Below, piece by piece: positions 1 to 7,802 of a stretch of 17,291 nt of DNA. Position 1 is the first letter of the stretch; each line of letters begins with the position of its first letter. The stretch lies in the NCBI GenBank assembly GCA_046726415.1, contig JBKPAK010000053.1, positions 1-17,291 on the forward strand. The letters are read 5' to 3'. This DNA is from Candidatus Methylomirabilota bacterium (GTDB lineage Bacteria; Methylomirabilota; Methylomirabilia; Rokubacteriales; CSP1-6). Made by a program: the position numbers and the translations under genes. Under the pieces are notes generated by a model that saw only the letters and a program-made list of their open reading frames with translations, did no database searches and was not told the origin of the DNA.

Positions 1-138
1 GTCGAGGAGCGCCCCGGGTTGCCCGGGGCGCTGCGCGCGGTGGGGGGGGTTGGGGGGCCGGTGGTCGAGGAGCGCCCCGGGTTGCCCGGGGCGCTGCCGA
101 GCGGTGGGGGGTTTGGGGGGCCATTTCGGGGCCCCCCA
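1..138. repeat. GC-rich palindromic tandem repeat (REP/BIME-like), two ~63-bp units plus a terminal hairpin
   Basis: GTCGAGGAGCGCCCCGGGTTGCCCGGGGCGCTGC starts at both 1 and 64. Each unit has a perfect 11-bp stem AGCGCCCCGGG-TTG-CCCGGGGCGCT (8-32, 71-95). The terminal hairpin TGGGGGGCC-ATTTCGG-GGCCCCCCA (114-138) abuts the amidohydrolase stop. The array may continue beyond the left edge. Confidence 0.85.
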
Positions 139-1278
139 TTACAATAATCCGTAGAACTTCCCCGCGTTCTCGCAGGTGATCTTGTGGACGACGTCGGGCG
201 GCAGGTGGCCGAACTGCTCTTCGATGTACTTCGACGACTCGGGCCACACGCCGTCGGTGTGCGGGTAGTCGGACGCCCACATGAGGGTTTCCACCCCCAT
301 CTCGTCGATCAGCTTGGTGCCGATCCGGTCAAACTGGAACGTGGCCTTGCACTGGCGCCGCCAATAGTCGCTGGGCTTCATGGTGAGGCCCAGATCGCGG
401 AAGCGGTCCTCCCACTCGAAGTCCATTCGATCCAGCGCGTACGGGATCCAGCCGATGCCGCTCTCGCCGAACGAGATCCGGAGGCTCGGATAGCGCTCGA
501 GCACGGCGGCGCCGATGACGGCGGCGAGGATGTTGACGAGATTCATCTGGAAGGCGGAGACGCCGGTGAACATCGCGGCGCGGCGGGTGAGTCCGGTCGC
601 CTTCTCGCGGACGCCCGGCGGCATCGAGGGGAACGTATGGAAGTGGAGCGGCAGGTTCACTTCGTTCACCGCCTGCCACAGGGGCTCCCAGACGGGGTGC
701 CACATCGGCTCCATGTCCCAGGAGCAGGAGAGCTCCAGGCCGCGCAGCCCCAGCTTGGCAACGCGGTGGATCTCCTTCACCGCGGCGTCGATGTCGCCGT
801 ACGGCAGGCATGCCAGCCCGATGTGCCGGTGCGGGTAGTGACGACAGAAGTCGGCCAGCCAGTCGTTGTAAATGCGGAACATCTCGCGGGCGGCCTCGTG
901 ATCAGCCAGCCGCGTCGCCGCGCCGAGGATGCCGAAGATCACCTCGGCGTCGACGCCGTCGAGTTCGGCGTCCTTCACTCTGAGGTGGGGATCGACGACG
1001 CGCCGGATGCCGCGCTTGGCGTCCTCGTAGAGCCCGGTCTCCGCCATCTTGTCGACGCGGTAGTTCTGGCCCGGGACGTACTTTTGACCGGAGGGCCCGA
1101 CACCGCAGACGAGGCCGAACGACATGCCGTTCCTCGAGGTCCAGTAGGGCCCGTCCGGCCCGTCGGCGACGTACGGCATCCGGTCCTTGAGCGCGGCGGA
1201 GGCGTTCGAGGTGAACAGGTCCGACGGCACCCAGGGCAAGTCGATGTGACAGTCCGCGGAGATCCGGGTATAAGGCAT
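139..1278 (-). CDS. Amidohydrolase family 2 (TIM-barrel metallo-hydrolase/decarboxylase), 379 aa
   Basis: Start MPYTRISADCHID with SD GAGGAGG upstream (the ORF track extends to 1380). Motifs SADxH, LHFH, GESGIGW, WASDYPH and ENAGKFYGL are typical of the family. Confidence 0.9.
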   Translation of the reverse strand: MPYTRISADCHIDLPWVPSDLFTSNASAALKDRMPYVADGPDGPYWTSRNGMSFGLVCGVGPSGQKYVPGQNYRVDKMAETGLYEDAKRGIRRVVDPHLRVKDAELDGVDAEVIFGILGAATRLADHEAAREMFRIYNDWLADFCRHYPHRHIGLACLPYGDIDAAVKEIHRVAKLGLRGLELSCSWDMEPMWHPVWEPLWQAVNEVNLPLHFHTFPSMPPGVREKATGLTRRAAMFTGVSAFQMNLVNILAAVIGAAVLERYPSLRISFGESGIGWIPYALDRMDFEWEDRFRDLGLTMKPSDYWRRQCKATFQFDRIGTKLIDEMGVETLMWASDYPHTDGVWPESSKYIEEQFGHLPPDVVHKITCENAGKFYGLL

Positions 1279-1303
1279 CGCGCCCTCCTCTCGAGGATGC
1301 GCG

Positions 1304-1333
1304 ATCGTACCCGCGTTTCTCCCGCGGCGGCAA
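1304..1333 (-). promoter_or_regulatory. Putative sigma70-type promoter for the amidohydrolase
   Basis: Minus strand TTGCCG (1333-1328), 18 bp spacer, TACGAT (1309-1304). Confidence 0.45.
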
Positions 1334-1474
1334 GGGTCTCCGGCCTGCCTGACTTTCTGGGCGATATCCACGCTGGTCACTCTGGTCTACACTGTGGCGC
1401 GGATGTCGGGTTCGATCACGAACGGGCGTGCCGACGTCTCGAGGGCGCCCTGACTGATCCGGGAGGGGACATCG

Positions 1475-2449
1475 GTGGCACCGGGCAAAGCGGAACTGGT
1501 CGACATGCTCGGCAAGATGGTGATGATCCGGGAGTTCGATCAACTCGCGATCGAGCTGCGCAAGCAGCGCCGGATCTATGGCGCGCTGCATCCCTACGTC
1601 GGGGAAGAGGCGGTGGCCGTCGGCGCATGTTCCGCACTGCGCACGACCGATCGCATCACCAGCACGCACCGCGGCCACGGGCACTGCATCGCCAAGGGCG
1701 CCGACATCAACCGGATGATGGCCGAGTTGTTCGGGCGGGTCGACGGGTACTGCAAGGGCAAGGGCGGCTCGATGCACATCGCCGACTTCGCCATTGGGAT
1801 GCTCGGGGCCAACGGCATCGTGGCCGGCGGGATGCCGATCGCCTGCGGGGCCGCCCTGGCCGCCCAGCTGGAAGACGCGGGCGGCGTGGCCGCGTGCTTC
1901 TTCGGCGATGGCGCCACCGGTGAAGGCGAGTTTCACGAAACCCTCAACATCGCCTCGCTGTGGAAGCTGCCGCTGATCTTCGTCTGCGAGAACAATCAAT
2001 ACGGCGCTGGCAACGCGGTCGAATCGGTGCGGGTGGTGCCCGACATCTCGCGGCACGCCCAGGCCTACGGGATGCCCGGCGTCTCCCTCGATGGCAACGA
2101 CGTCCTCGCCGTCCGCGCGGCGACAGATGAGGCGGTGGAGCGGGCTCGTGGGGGAGGGGGTCCGACCTTGCTCCATTGCCAGACCTTCCGCTGGCTCTTC
2201 CACGCCATGCGCGACGTGCCGCCACCCGAGACGCGGCCGGCCGATCTGCTCGCCGAGTGGCGAGGCCGCGCTCGCGATCCCATCGCTCGACTCGAAGATC
2301 ACCTCGTGGGCCACCGGATCGCGACGGAGGCCGAGGTGCGGGTGATACGCGACCGGGTCCAGCGCGATCTCCAGGCGGCGGTGGACTTCGCCGCAGCGAG
2401 TCCGTATCCCGACCCCAACGACCTGTTGATCGACATGTTCGCCGCGTGA
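1475..2449 (+). CDS. ThDP-dependent 2-oxoacid/acetoin dehydrogenase E1 alpha-like subunit, 324 aa
   Basis: GTG start after SD GGAGGGG. Motifs STHRGHGH, GKGGSMH and the ThDP-binding GDG...NN (FFGDGATGEGEFHETLNIASLWKLPLIFVCENN). Confidence 0.93.
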   Translation: MAPGKAELVDMLGKMVMIREFDQLAIELRKQRRIYGALHPYVGEEAVAVGACSALRTTDRITSTHRGHGHCIAKGADINRMMAELFGRVDGYCKGKGGSMHIADFAIGMLGANGIVAGGMPIACGAALAAQLEDAGGVAACFFGDGATGEGEFHETLNIASLWKLPLIFVCENNQYGAGNAVESVRVVPDISRHAQAYGMPGVSLDGNDVLAVRAATDEAVERARGGGGPTLLHCQTFRWLFHAMRDVPPPETRPADLLAEWRGRARDPIARLEDHLVGHRIATEAEVRVIRDRVQRDLQAAVDFAAASPYPDPNDLLIDMFAA

Positions 2450-2457
2450 GGGTGCCG

Positions 2458-3429
2458 GTGCGGGAGATCAGCTTTGCCCAGGCCCTGGTCGACGCCATGG
2501 CCGAGGAGATGCGGAGAGATCAGCGCGTGATCGCGCTGGCCACCACACGGGCGCCCGCCCTCGAGAACGAGTTCGGCGACAAGCGGGTTCGCATCACGCC
2601 GATCTCCGAAGCGGCCTTCACCGGGATTGGCCTGGGCGCGGCGGGCAGCGGCTTTCGCCCGGTCGTCAACTGGGGAATGGTCACCTTCTCCTTCGTGGCC
2701 ATGGACCAGATCGTCAATCAGGCGAGCAAGATCCGCTACATGTTCGGTGGCCAGGCCGACTTCCCGGTGACCTATCGGTGCACTACGGGCGGTGGGGCTC
2801 AGGTGGCGGCCCAGCACTCGCAGAGCCCGTATTCGATGTTCATGCACCTGGCCGGACTGAAAATCATCCTTCCCTCGACGCCGGCGGATGCCAAGGGGCT
2901 GCTCAAGAGCGCCATCCGGGACAACAATCCGGTGGTCTTCTTCGAGTGCAACCGACTGGCGGCGATCACCGGGCCCGTGGCGGAGGGCGACTACACGGTC
3001 CCGATCGGGGTGGCCGACGTCAAGCGCGCGGGGCGCGACGTGACCGTGGTGGGACTCGCCTACTATGTGCACGAAGCGCTCGCCGTGGCGGAGGCGTTGG
3101 CGGCGGAGGGGATCTCAGTCGAGGTGATCGACCCGCGCACCCTGGTGCCGATGGACGGGGAGGCGATCCGTGCCTCGGTGCGCAAGACCGGGCGGCTGGT
3201 GGTGGTCGACGAAGCGCCGGCGACCTGCTCGGCGGCCTCCGAGATCATCGCCCTGGTGACCGAGGATCCCGACACCTTCCAGGCTCTCAAGTCGCCCGTG
3301 CGGCGGGTGTGCGCCGCGCCGGTCCCGGTTCCGTTCAGCCCACCGCTGGAACAGGCGGCGCTGCCCGACCAGGCCCGGATCACGGCGGCCATTCGCCGCG
3401 TTCTCGAAGGCGCGCCCATCGCGGTCTGA
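2458..3429 (+). CDS. ThDP-dependent dehydrogenase E1 beta-like subunit, ~323 aa
   Basis: MREISFAQAL from GTG 2458 (in-frame GTGs also at 2446 and 2452). Motifs TPISE (cofactor-activating Glu), MDQIVNQA, AAQHSQS, EVIDPRTLVPMD, KTGRLVVVDE and PVPFSPPLE. Confidence 0.92.
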   Translation: MREISFAQALVDAMAEEMRRDQRVIALATTRAPALENEFGDKRVRITPISEAAFTGIGLGAAGSGFRPVVNWGMVTFSFVAMDQIVNQASKIRYMFGGQADFPVTYRCTTGGGAQVAAQHSQSPYSMFMHLAGLKIILPSTPADAKGLLKSAIRDNNPVVFFECNRLAAITGPVAEGDYTVPIGVADVKRAGRDVTVVGLAYYVHEALAVAEALAAEGISVEVIDPRTLVPMDGEAIRASVRKTGRLVVVDEAPATCSAASEIIALVTEDPDTFQALKSPVRRVCAAPVPVPFSPPLEQAALPDQARITAAIRRVLEGAPIAV

Positions 3430-3477
3430 CGCGACGAGGGCGCGGCGAGCAGTGACCTCAAGTGGGAGGAGGAACGC

Positions 3478-4104
3478 ATGATCCACGAAGTTCGCACGTA
3501 CACGCTGCGCACCGGGGCGGTGGCCGAATTCGAGGACCGCTTTACCAAACGCAAGCCGCTGCGGGAAAAGCATTCGAAGCTGGGGGCCTTCTGGCACACC
3601 GACTTTGGGCCCCTCAATCAGGTCATCCACGTCTGGGCCTACGAGGACCTGCAGCATCGCACCGCGGTGCGGGAGGCGATGGCCAAGGACCCGGAACTGA
3701 ACCAGCTTCCCGGTGGCCGGGACCTGATCCTCGCGCAAGAGGCCGACATCATGATCCCGGCTCCGTTCATGCACCCCCTGGGCAGCCGCGACTTCGGCAG
3801 CGGGAACGTGTATGAGATGCGGATCTACACTTACGCGCCGGGCGACATTCCGGCCGTGCTGGAGGCCTGGGGCAAGGCCGTTCCTGCCCGCGAGAAATTG
3901 TCACCTCTGGCCGCCTGCTGGTCCAGCGAGCTCGGCGGGCTAAACAAATTTGTGCACGTTTGGGTGTACCCGGACCTCAACGCGCGCGTTCGCATCCGCG
4001 AGGAATCCCGCAAGGGTGGGCAGTGGCCGCCCCAATCCGGGGTGCGGCCGATCCGACAGGAAAACAAGTTGCTGATCCCGGCAGCATTCTCACCCCTGCG
4101 GTAG
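3478..4104 (+). CDS. NIPSNAP family protein (two tandem NIPSNAP domains), 208 aa
   Basis: SD GGAGGAGG. Two domains: IHEVRTYTL...GPLNQVIHVWAYEDL...IMIPAPF and VYEMRIYTY...GGLNKFVHVWVYPDL...LLIPAAFSPLR. Confidence 0.92.
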   Translation: MIHEVRTYTLRTGAVAEFEDRFTKRKPLREKHSKLGAFWHTDFGPLNQVIHVWAYEDLQHRTAVREAMAKDPELNQLPGGRDLILAQEADIMIPAPFMHPLGSRDFGSGNVYEMRIYTYAPGDIPAVLEAWGKAVPAREKLSPLAACWSSELGGLNKFVHVWVYPDLNARVRIREESRKGGQWPPQSGVRPIRQENKLLIPAAFSPLR

Positions 4105-4116
4105 TCTTCGATCCAG

Positions 4117-4191
4117 ATGGGGGGCCTCGACATGGCCCCCCATGCTTCTCGCACTCGGAGGCCGATGGGGCGTCAGCTTCGGCGCTCCGAG
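4117..4191 (+). repeat. Second copy of the REP-like palindrome plus an adjacent hairpin, possible terminator or mRNA stabiliser
   Basis: ATGGGGGGCC-TCGACAT-GGCCCCCCAT (4117-4143, 10-bp stem) matches the reverse complement of 114-138 at 23 of 25 positions. A second stem CTCGGAG-GCCGA...TCGGC-G-CTCCGAG spans 4154-4191. Confidence 0.8.
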
Positions 4192-4247
4192 CTTGGAGGA
4201 CGTTCCGGGCCGGGTCACTCCGTGGTTCTCCGATGCGTGATGCCGTC

Positions 4248-4276
4248 TTGACTCCGCGGGCGGGCTAGCGCAGCCT
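4248..4276 (+). promoter_or_regulatory. Putative promoter for the second E1 alpha gene
   Basis: TTGACT (4248-4253), 17 bp spacer, CAGCCT (4271-4276). Confidence 0.4.
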
Positions 4277-4324
4277 CTCAGGACGGATCTAGGAAAACAC
4301 CCAACGGCGCGAGGGGCGTGTCCA

Positions 4325-5308
4325 ATGACGACGCAGGCAATCGAACCGCGGATGGAGCTGGAGCAGAACCTCCACATGTACCGCCAGATGGCGAAGATTC
4401 GCGCCTTCGAGGAACAGGTGCACGAGCTGTACAAGAGCGCGAAGATGCCGGGCCTGGCCCATCTCTACGTCGGCGAGGAGGCGGTGGCGGTCGGCGTCTG
4501 CGAGGCGTTGCGCCGCAACGACTTCATCACCAGCACGCATCGCGGGCACGGCCACTGCCTGGCCAAAGGGGCATCGGTCAATCGGATGTTCGCGGAGCTG
4601 CTCGGCAAGGAGTCGGGCTACTGCCGCGGCAAGGGCGGCTCGATGCACATCGCCGATCCCGAGACGGGGAACCTCGGCGCCAACGCCATCGTGGGCGGTT
4701 CGGCCGGCATCGCCACCGGCGCCGCGCTGTCGGCCAAGATGCGGGGCAGTGGACAGGTGGCCGTATGCTTCTTCGGCGACGGCGCGCTGGGCCAAGGCCT
4801 GGTCTACGAGGCGATGAACATGGCGGCACTCTGGAAGCTCCCCGTCATTTACGTCTGCGAGAACAACCTCTACGGCGAGTACACGCCCTGCGGCGAGACG
4901 GTGGCCGGCGAGATCCTGGCGCGGGCCCGGGCTTTCGGCATCCACGCCGAGACGGTCGACGGCCAGGACGTCCAGCTCGTGAACGCGGCGATGCGCAAGC
5001 TCGTCGAACGCGCGCGCCGCGGCGAGGGGCCGGCATTCCTCGAGTGCAAGACCTACCGGTACTACGGCCACCACGTCGGCGACGTCAACCGCGAATACCG
5101 CACGCGGGAGGAAGAGAAGGAGTGGATGAGCCAGCACGACCCCCTCCAAACCTTGGCCGGGCGGCTCACTGCCCAGGGGCTCGCCGACGCCACCGTCTTC
5201 GAGCGGATCCAGACCGACGTGAAGGCGGAGATCGACACCGGCGTGCAGTACGCCCTGTCCGCGCCGTACCCGGAGGCAACCCAGGTCGACGAGGACGTCT
5301 ATGCCTGA
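4325..5308 (+). CDS. Second ThDP-dependent dehydrogenase E1 alpha-like subunit (AcoA-like), 327 aa
   Basis: Motifs STHRGHGH, GKGGSMHIAD, FFGDGALGQG...VCENN and ECKTYRYYGHHVGD. SD-like GAGGGG upstream. No beta gene follows. Confidence 0.93.
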   Translation: MTTQAIEPRMELEQNLHMYRQMAKIRAFEEQVHELYKSAKMPGLAHLYVGEEAVAVGVCEALRRNDFITSTHRGHGHCLAKGASVNRMFAELLGKESGYCRGKGGSMHIADPETGNLGANAIVGGSAGIATGAALSAKMRGSGQVAVCFFGDGALGQGLVYEAMNMAALWKLPVIYVCENNLYGEYTPCGETVAGEILARARAFGIHAETVDGQDVQLVNAAMRKLVERARRGEGPAFLECKTYRYYGHHVGDVNREYRTREEEKEWMSQHDPLQTLAGRLTAQGLADATVFERIQTDVKAEIDTGVQYALSAPYPEATQVDEDVYA

Positions 5309-5456
5309 GGTGATGCTGGCGACATCGCGCCTCTCGCCCTCGGGGCCGCTCGCCACCGCGTAGAACGAGCGACCGCGCGCCGCGTGGGCCACCCATCGGC
5401 GTCGACGAGACCCGCCCCCGTCATCTGCGCCTTCCGCGATCGTCGTTCGGTCGCGC

Positions 5457-6800
5457 TCACCACGACACCTCGTGGGCACCAGGCACGACCACCCGCTTGT
5501 AGCGCTCCGGCGACTCCCCGAGCGGCATCGTGGCGTCGAAGCCCATCTTCGACGAATGGCGGTGCACCGGGGCCGACGGATCGAGTGGCGCGCCGACCAT
5601 GGGCGGAAAGATCATTGCGTCGGCGCTCGGCTGGCACCGGGTATACACGGCCCATAGGACCTGGTTCAGATCGCGCACGTTGACATCGGGGTCGACCACG
5701 ATGCAGTACTTGGCCTGGGGCGCCCCGGCCGTCGGCCCCAGCACGCTGAGAATCACGTTGCGCGCCTCGTAGGCCAGGCGCTTCTTGATCGAGACGATGG
5801 CGAAGTAGTACGGGCCGATGGCATGCACGTCGACGACTTCGGGGCAAGCCTGCTGGGCCATGCGCTTGATGGACTCGCAGATGGCCGGCCACGCCTGCAC
5901 GTGGTTGTCGGTGGTGGGCATGCCGGTGAGGGCCGTCTGGTACATGGCATCGCGCCGCATGGTGACGGCGCTGACCTCGAAGACGTGGCGATCGCCCAGG
6001 AGACCGTAAGTCCCGGCGACTTCCCCGAACGGCCCCTCGGGTTCGCGGACCTTGGGCAGGAAATGACCCTCGATGACGATCTCGGCGTCGGCAGGCACCT
6101 CGGCGTCGACTGTCTTGCAGGTGACCAGCTCGATTGACTGGCCGGCGAGCGCGCCGGCCACGCCCAGCTTTTCCTGGGCATGCGGGATCTTGGCCTGCGA
6201 GCCCAGGTCGACGAATGGGCCGGCGCCTAGCACGACTGCCACGCCGAAGCGCTCGCCGCGGTCCTCCGCCTTCAGCGCGGCACGACCCACCCGGCGCTCG
6301 GCGGGCATGTTGACGCCGAAGCGGCGGGGCCCCTTGAGCTGCATCCGTTGGAGACCGACGCCAAGGACGCCGGTTTCCGGGTCGCGCCCGAACATCACGC
6401 CGGCGGTGAGGTAGCGGCCAGCGTCGAGCTCCGAGTGCACGACGACCGGCAGCCGCGTGCAGTCGACCTCTTCGCCGGTAAGGACCATCTCCTGGCAGGG
6501 CCCGCTCGAGATCCGGCGGGGCGCGATGGGCTTGCGCACCGCCTCGCCGTACCGGTCGACGATCTCGCCGATGGGACAGCGGAGCGCGACGGGCAGGCGC
6601 GCCATCGTGCCGTAGAGCCCTGCCGCCACCTTCCAGCCCGGATGGCCGGTCACGTTCTCGAAGAGGAACGCCGGGCCATCCGTGTCGGACGACTTGCGCA
6701 CATAGGCCGCAATCTCGAACTCGGGGCGAACGGCCTTGCCGATGTGCACGAGCTGGCCGGCGCGGCTGAGCGCTTCGAGGTAATTGCGGAAGTCCGACAT
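5457..6800 (-). CDS. UbiD family (prFMN-dependent) decarboxylase, 447 aa
   Basis: N-terminal MSDFRNYLEAL...GPAFLFENV. Catalytic R152 and EGPFGE (E255/E260). Also VPADAEIVIEG, IVVDPDVN, LDPS and KMGFDAT. SD-like AGGGAG upstream. Confidence 0.92.
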   Translation of the reverse strand: MSDFRNYLEALSRAGQLVHIGKAVRPEFEIAAYVRKSSDTDGPAFLFENVTGHPGWKVAAGLYGTMARLPVALRCPIGEIVDRYGEAVRKPIAPRRISSGPCQEMVLTGEEVDCTRLPVVVHSELDAGRYLTAGVMFGRDPETGVLGVGLQRMQLKGPRRFGVNMPAERRVGRAALKAEDRGERFGVAVVLGAGPFVDLGSQAKIPHAQEKLGVAGALAGQSIELVTCKTVDAEVPADAEIVIEGHFLPKVREPEGPFGEVAGTYGLLGDRHVFEVSAVTMRRDAMYQTALTGMPTTDNHVQAWPAICESIKRMAQQACPEVVDVHAIGPYYFAIVSIKKRLAYEARNVILSVLGPTAGAPQAKYCIVVDPDVNVRDLNQVLWAVYTRCQPSADAMIFPPMVGAPLDPSAPVHRHSSKMGFDATMPLGESPERYKRVVVPGAHEVSW

Positions 6801-6928
6801 GCGTCCTCCCTGTGATCACCCGCGGGCGGCTATCGTAGTATAGGCGGCGGCTGCTGACCACGGCACCACCCTGCTTCACTTTGGGTCGTCCGAGCTTGGG
6901 GTAGCGTTGTCACTCCTGGAGAGGTGCC

Positions 6929-7027
6929 ATGATGAACGTCTACGCGTTCTGCACCGGGTCCATCGAGCTGGACCGCGCCAGCATGATCTCTGATCTGGCT
7001 CCGGGCTAGCGCTGGGCCGTGCCTCTC
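6929..7027 (+). pseudogene. 5' relic of an N-acyl-homoserine-lactonase-like (MBL-fold) gene
   Basis: SD GGAGAGG then MMNVYAFCTGSIELDRASMISDLAPG*RWAVPL, with an in-frame TAG at 7007. It resembles the N-terminus of AiiA/AttM-like MBL hydrolases, and the resemblance ends before any HxHxDH motif. Confidence 0.5.
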
Positions 7028-7071
7028 GCTCTTCGACGCTGGTCACGAGCCCTGAGTGGAATGAGCGCGTG

Positions 7072-7107
7072 TTGACATATTGATGCTTAGCCAGTATGTT
7101 TTGATGC
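7072..7107 (+). promoter_or_regulatory. Sigma70 promoter of vapBC with a direct-repeat operator, leaderless
   Basis: TTGACA (7072-7077), 17 bp spacer, TATGTT (7095-7100). The ATG lies 7 nt later with no SD. TTGATGC is repeated at 7080-7086 and 7101-7107. Confidence 0.75.
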
Positions 7108-7359
7108 ATGCGCACTACGATTCGCCTGAACGAAGAGCTCCTACGCCAGGCGAAGGCACTTGCCGCCCGGACGGGTCGAACGCTCACCGCAGTGATCGAG
7201 GACGCACTGCGCGAGACCCTTGCCCGGCAGCGCAGCCGCCAGGAGCGGCCGCGGGTGGCCCTGCCCACTTTCCGAGGCAACGGCCTGCAGCCGGGTGTCG
7301 ATCTCGACGACACCGCCGGCCTCCTCGACATCATGGACGGCAGCCGTGATCCTTCCTGA
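7108..7359 (+). CDS. vapB: Type II antitoxin VapB (ribbon-helix-helix/CopG-like), 83 aa
   Basis: MRTTIRLNEELLRQAKALAARTGRTLTAVIEDALRE fits an RHH pattern. C-terminal LPTF...PGVDLDD. Overlaps the PIN gene. Confidence 0.88.
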   Translation: MRTTIRLNEELLRQAKALAARTGRTLTAVIEDALRETLARQRSRQERPRVALPTFRGNGLQPGVDLDDTAGLLDIMDGSRDPS

Positions 7360-7774
7360 CGTCAACGTGCTGGTGTACGCGTATCGCGAGGATGCGCCGA
7401 GGCATGACCGGTACCGGATTTGGCTGGAGGGCGTGCTCAATGCGCGTGAGGCCTATGGTCTTTCGGACCTCGTGCTGGCCGGGTTCGTGCGCGTGGTCAC
7501 CCATCCTCGGGTGTTCTCCCCGCCGAGCCCCACGGGGCACGCGTTCGAGTTCGCCGAGGCGTTGCGGGGTCACCCGAACTGCGTCCACGTCGTGGCCGGG
7601 GAGCGCCACTGGGACATTTTCGCCGGGCTGTGTCGCGACGCGCGGACCAAGGGCAACCTCATTCCCGACGCCTATCTGGCCGCGCTCGCCATCGAGTCAG
7701 GAAGCGAATGGATCACGAGCGACCGGGATTACAGCCGCTTCCCCGGTCTGCGCTGGCGCGATCCTGGCGCCTGA
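7346..7774 (+). CDS. vapC: Type II toxin VapC (PIN-domain RNase, mycobacterial-type), 142 aa
   Basis: GTG start, MILPDVNVLVYA...FVRVVTHPR...GNLIPDAYLAALAIE...TSDRDYSRFPGLRW, with conserved PIN Asp residues. Confidence 0.92.
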   Translation: MILPDVNVLVYAYREDAPRHDRYRIWLEGVLNAREAYGLSDLVLAGFVRVVTHPRVFSPPSPTGHAFEFAEALRGHPNCVHVVAGERHWDIFAGLCRDARTKGNLIPDAYLAALAIESGSEWITSDRDYSRFPGLRWRDPGA

Positions 7775-7789
7775 GGGAAGCAGGACTCA

Positions 7790-7800
7790 TATAATCGCCG
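7790..7800 (+). promoter_or_regulatory. -10 element for a leaderless MNT-HEPN transcript
   Basis: Perfect TATAAT at 7790-7795, ATG at 7803 (7 nt later), no SD. Confidence 0.6.
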
Positions 7801-7802
7801 CC

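Noticed and set aside
1-138. Possible CRISPR array
   Set aside because: Only two units, the intervening sequences are near-identical rather than unique spacers, and no cas genes are present.
1394-1474. Possible TPP riboswitch or 16-aa uORF (1403-1453, MSGSITNGRADVSRAP) ahead of the ThDP enzyme
   Set aside because: CTGATCCGGG resembles part of the THI box, but the conserved UGAGA and the P5 loop are missing. The uORF has no SD or distinctive composition.
184-1923. Long alternative ORFs (e.g. 184..1923 +, 902..2314 -, 4289..5479 -, 5299..6879 -, 11669..12571 -, 15792..16601 -)
   Set aside because: These are antisense or frame-shifted shadows of well-supported genes. They lack family motifs and are expected in high-GC DNA with few stop codons.
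1475-5308. Recent tandem duplication of the E1 alpha gene, or a canonical pdhABCD/acoABCL operon
   Set aside because: The two alphas differ extensively outside core motifs and at synonymous sites, and no E2 or E3 gene lies in the window.
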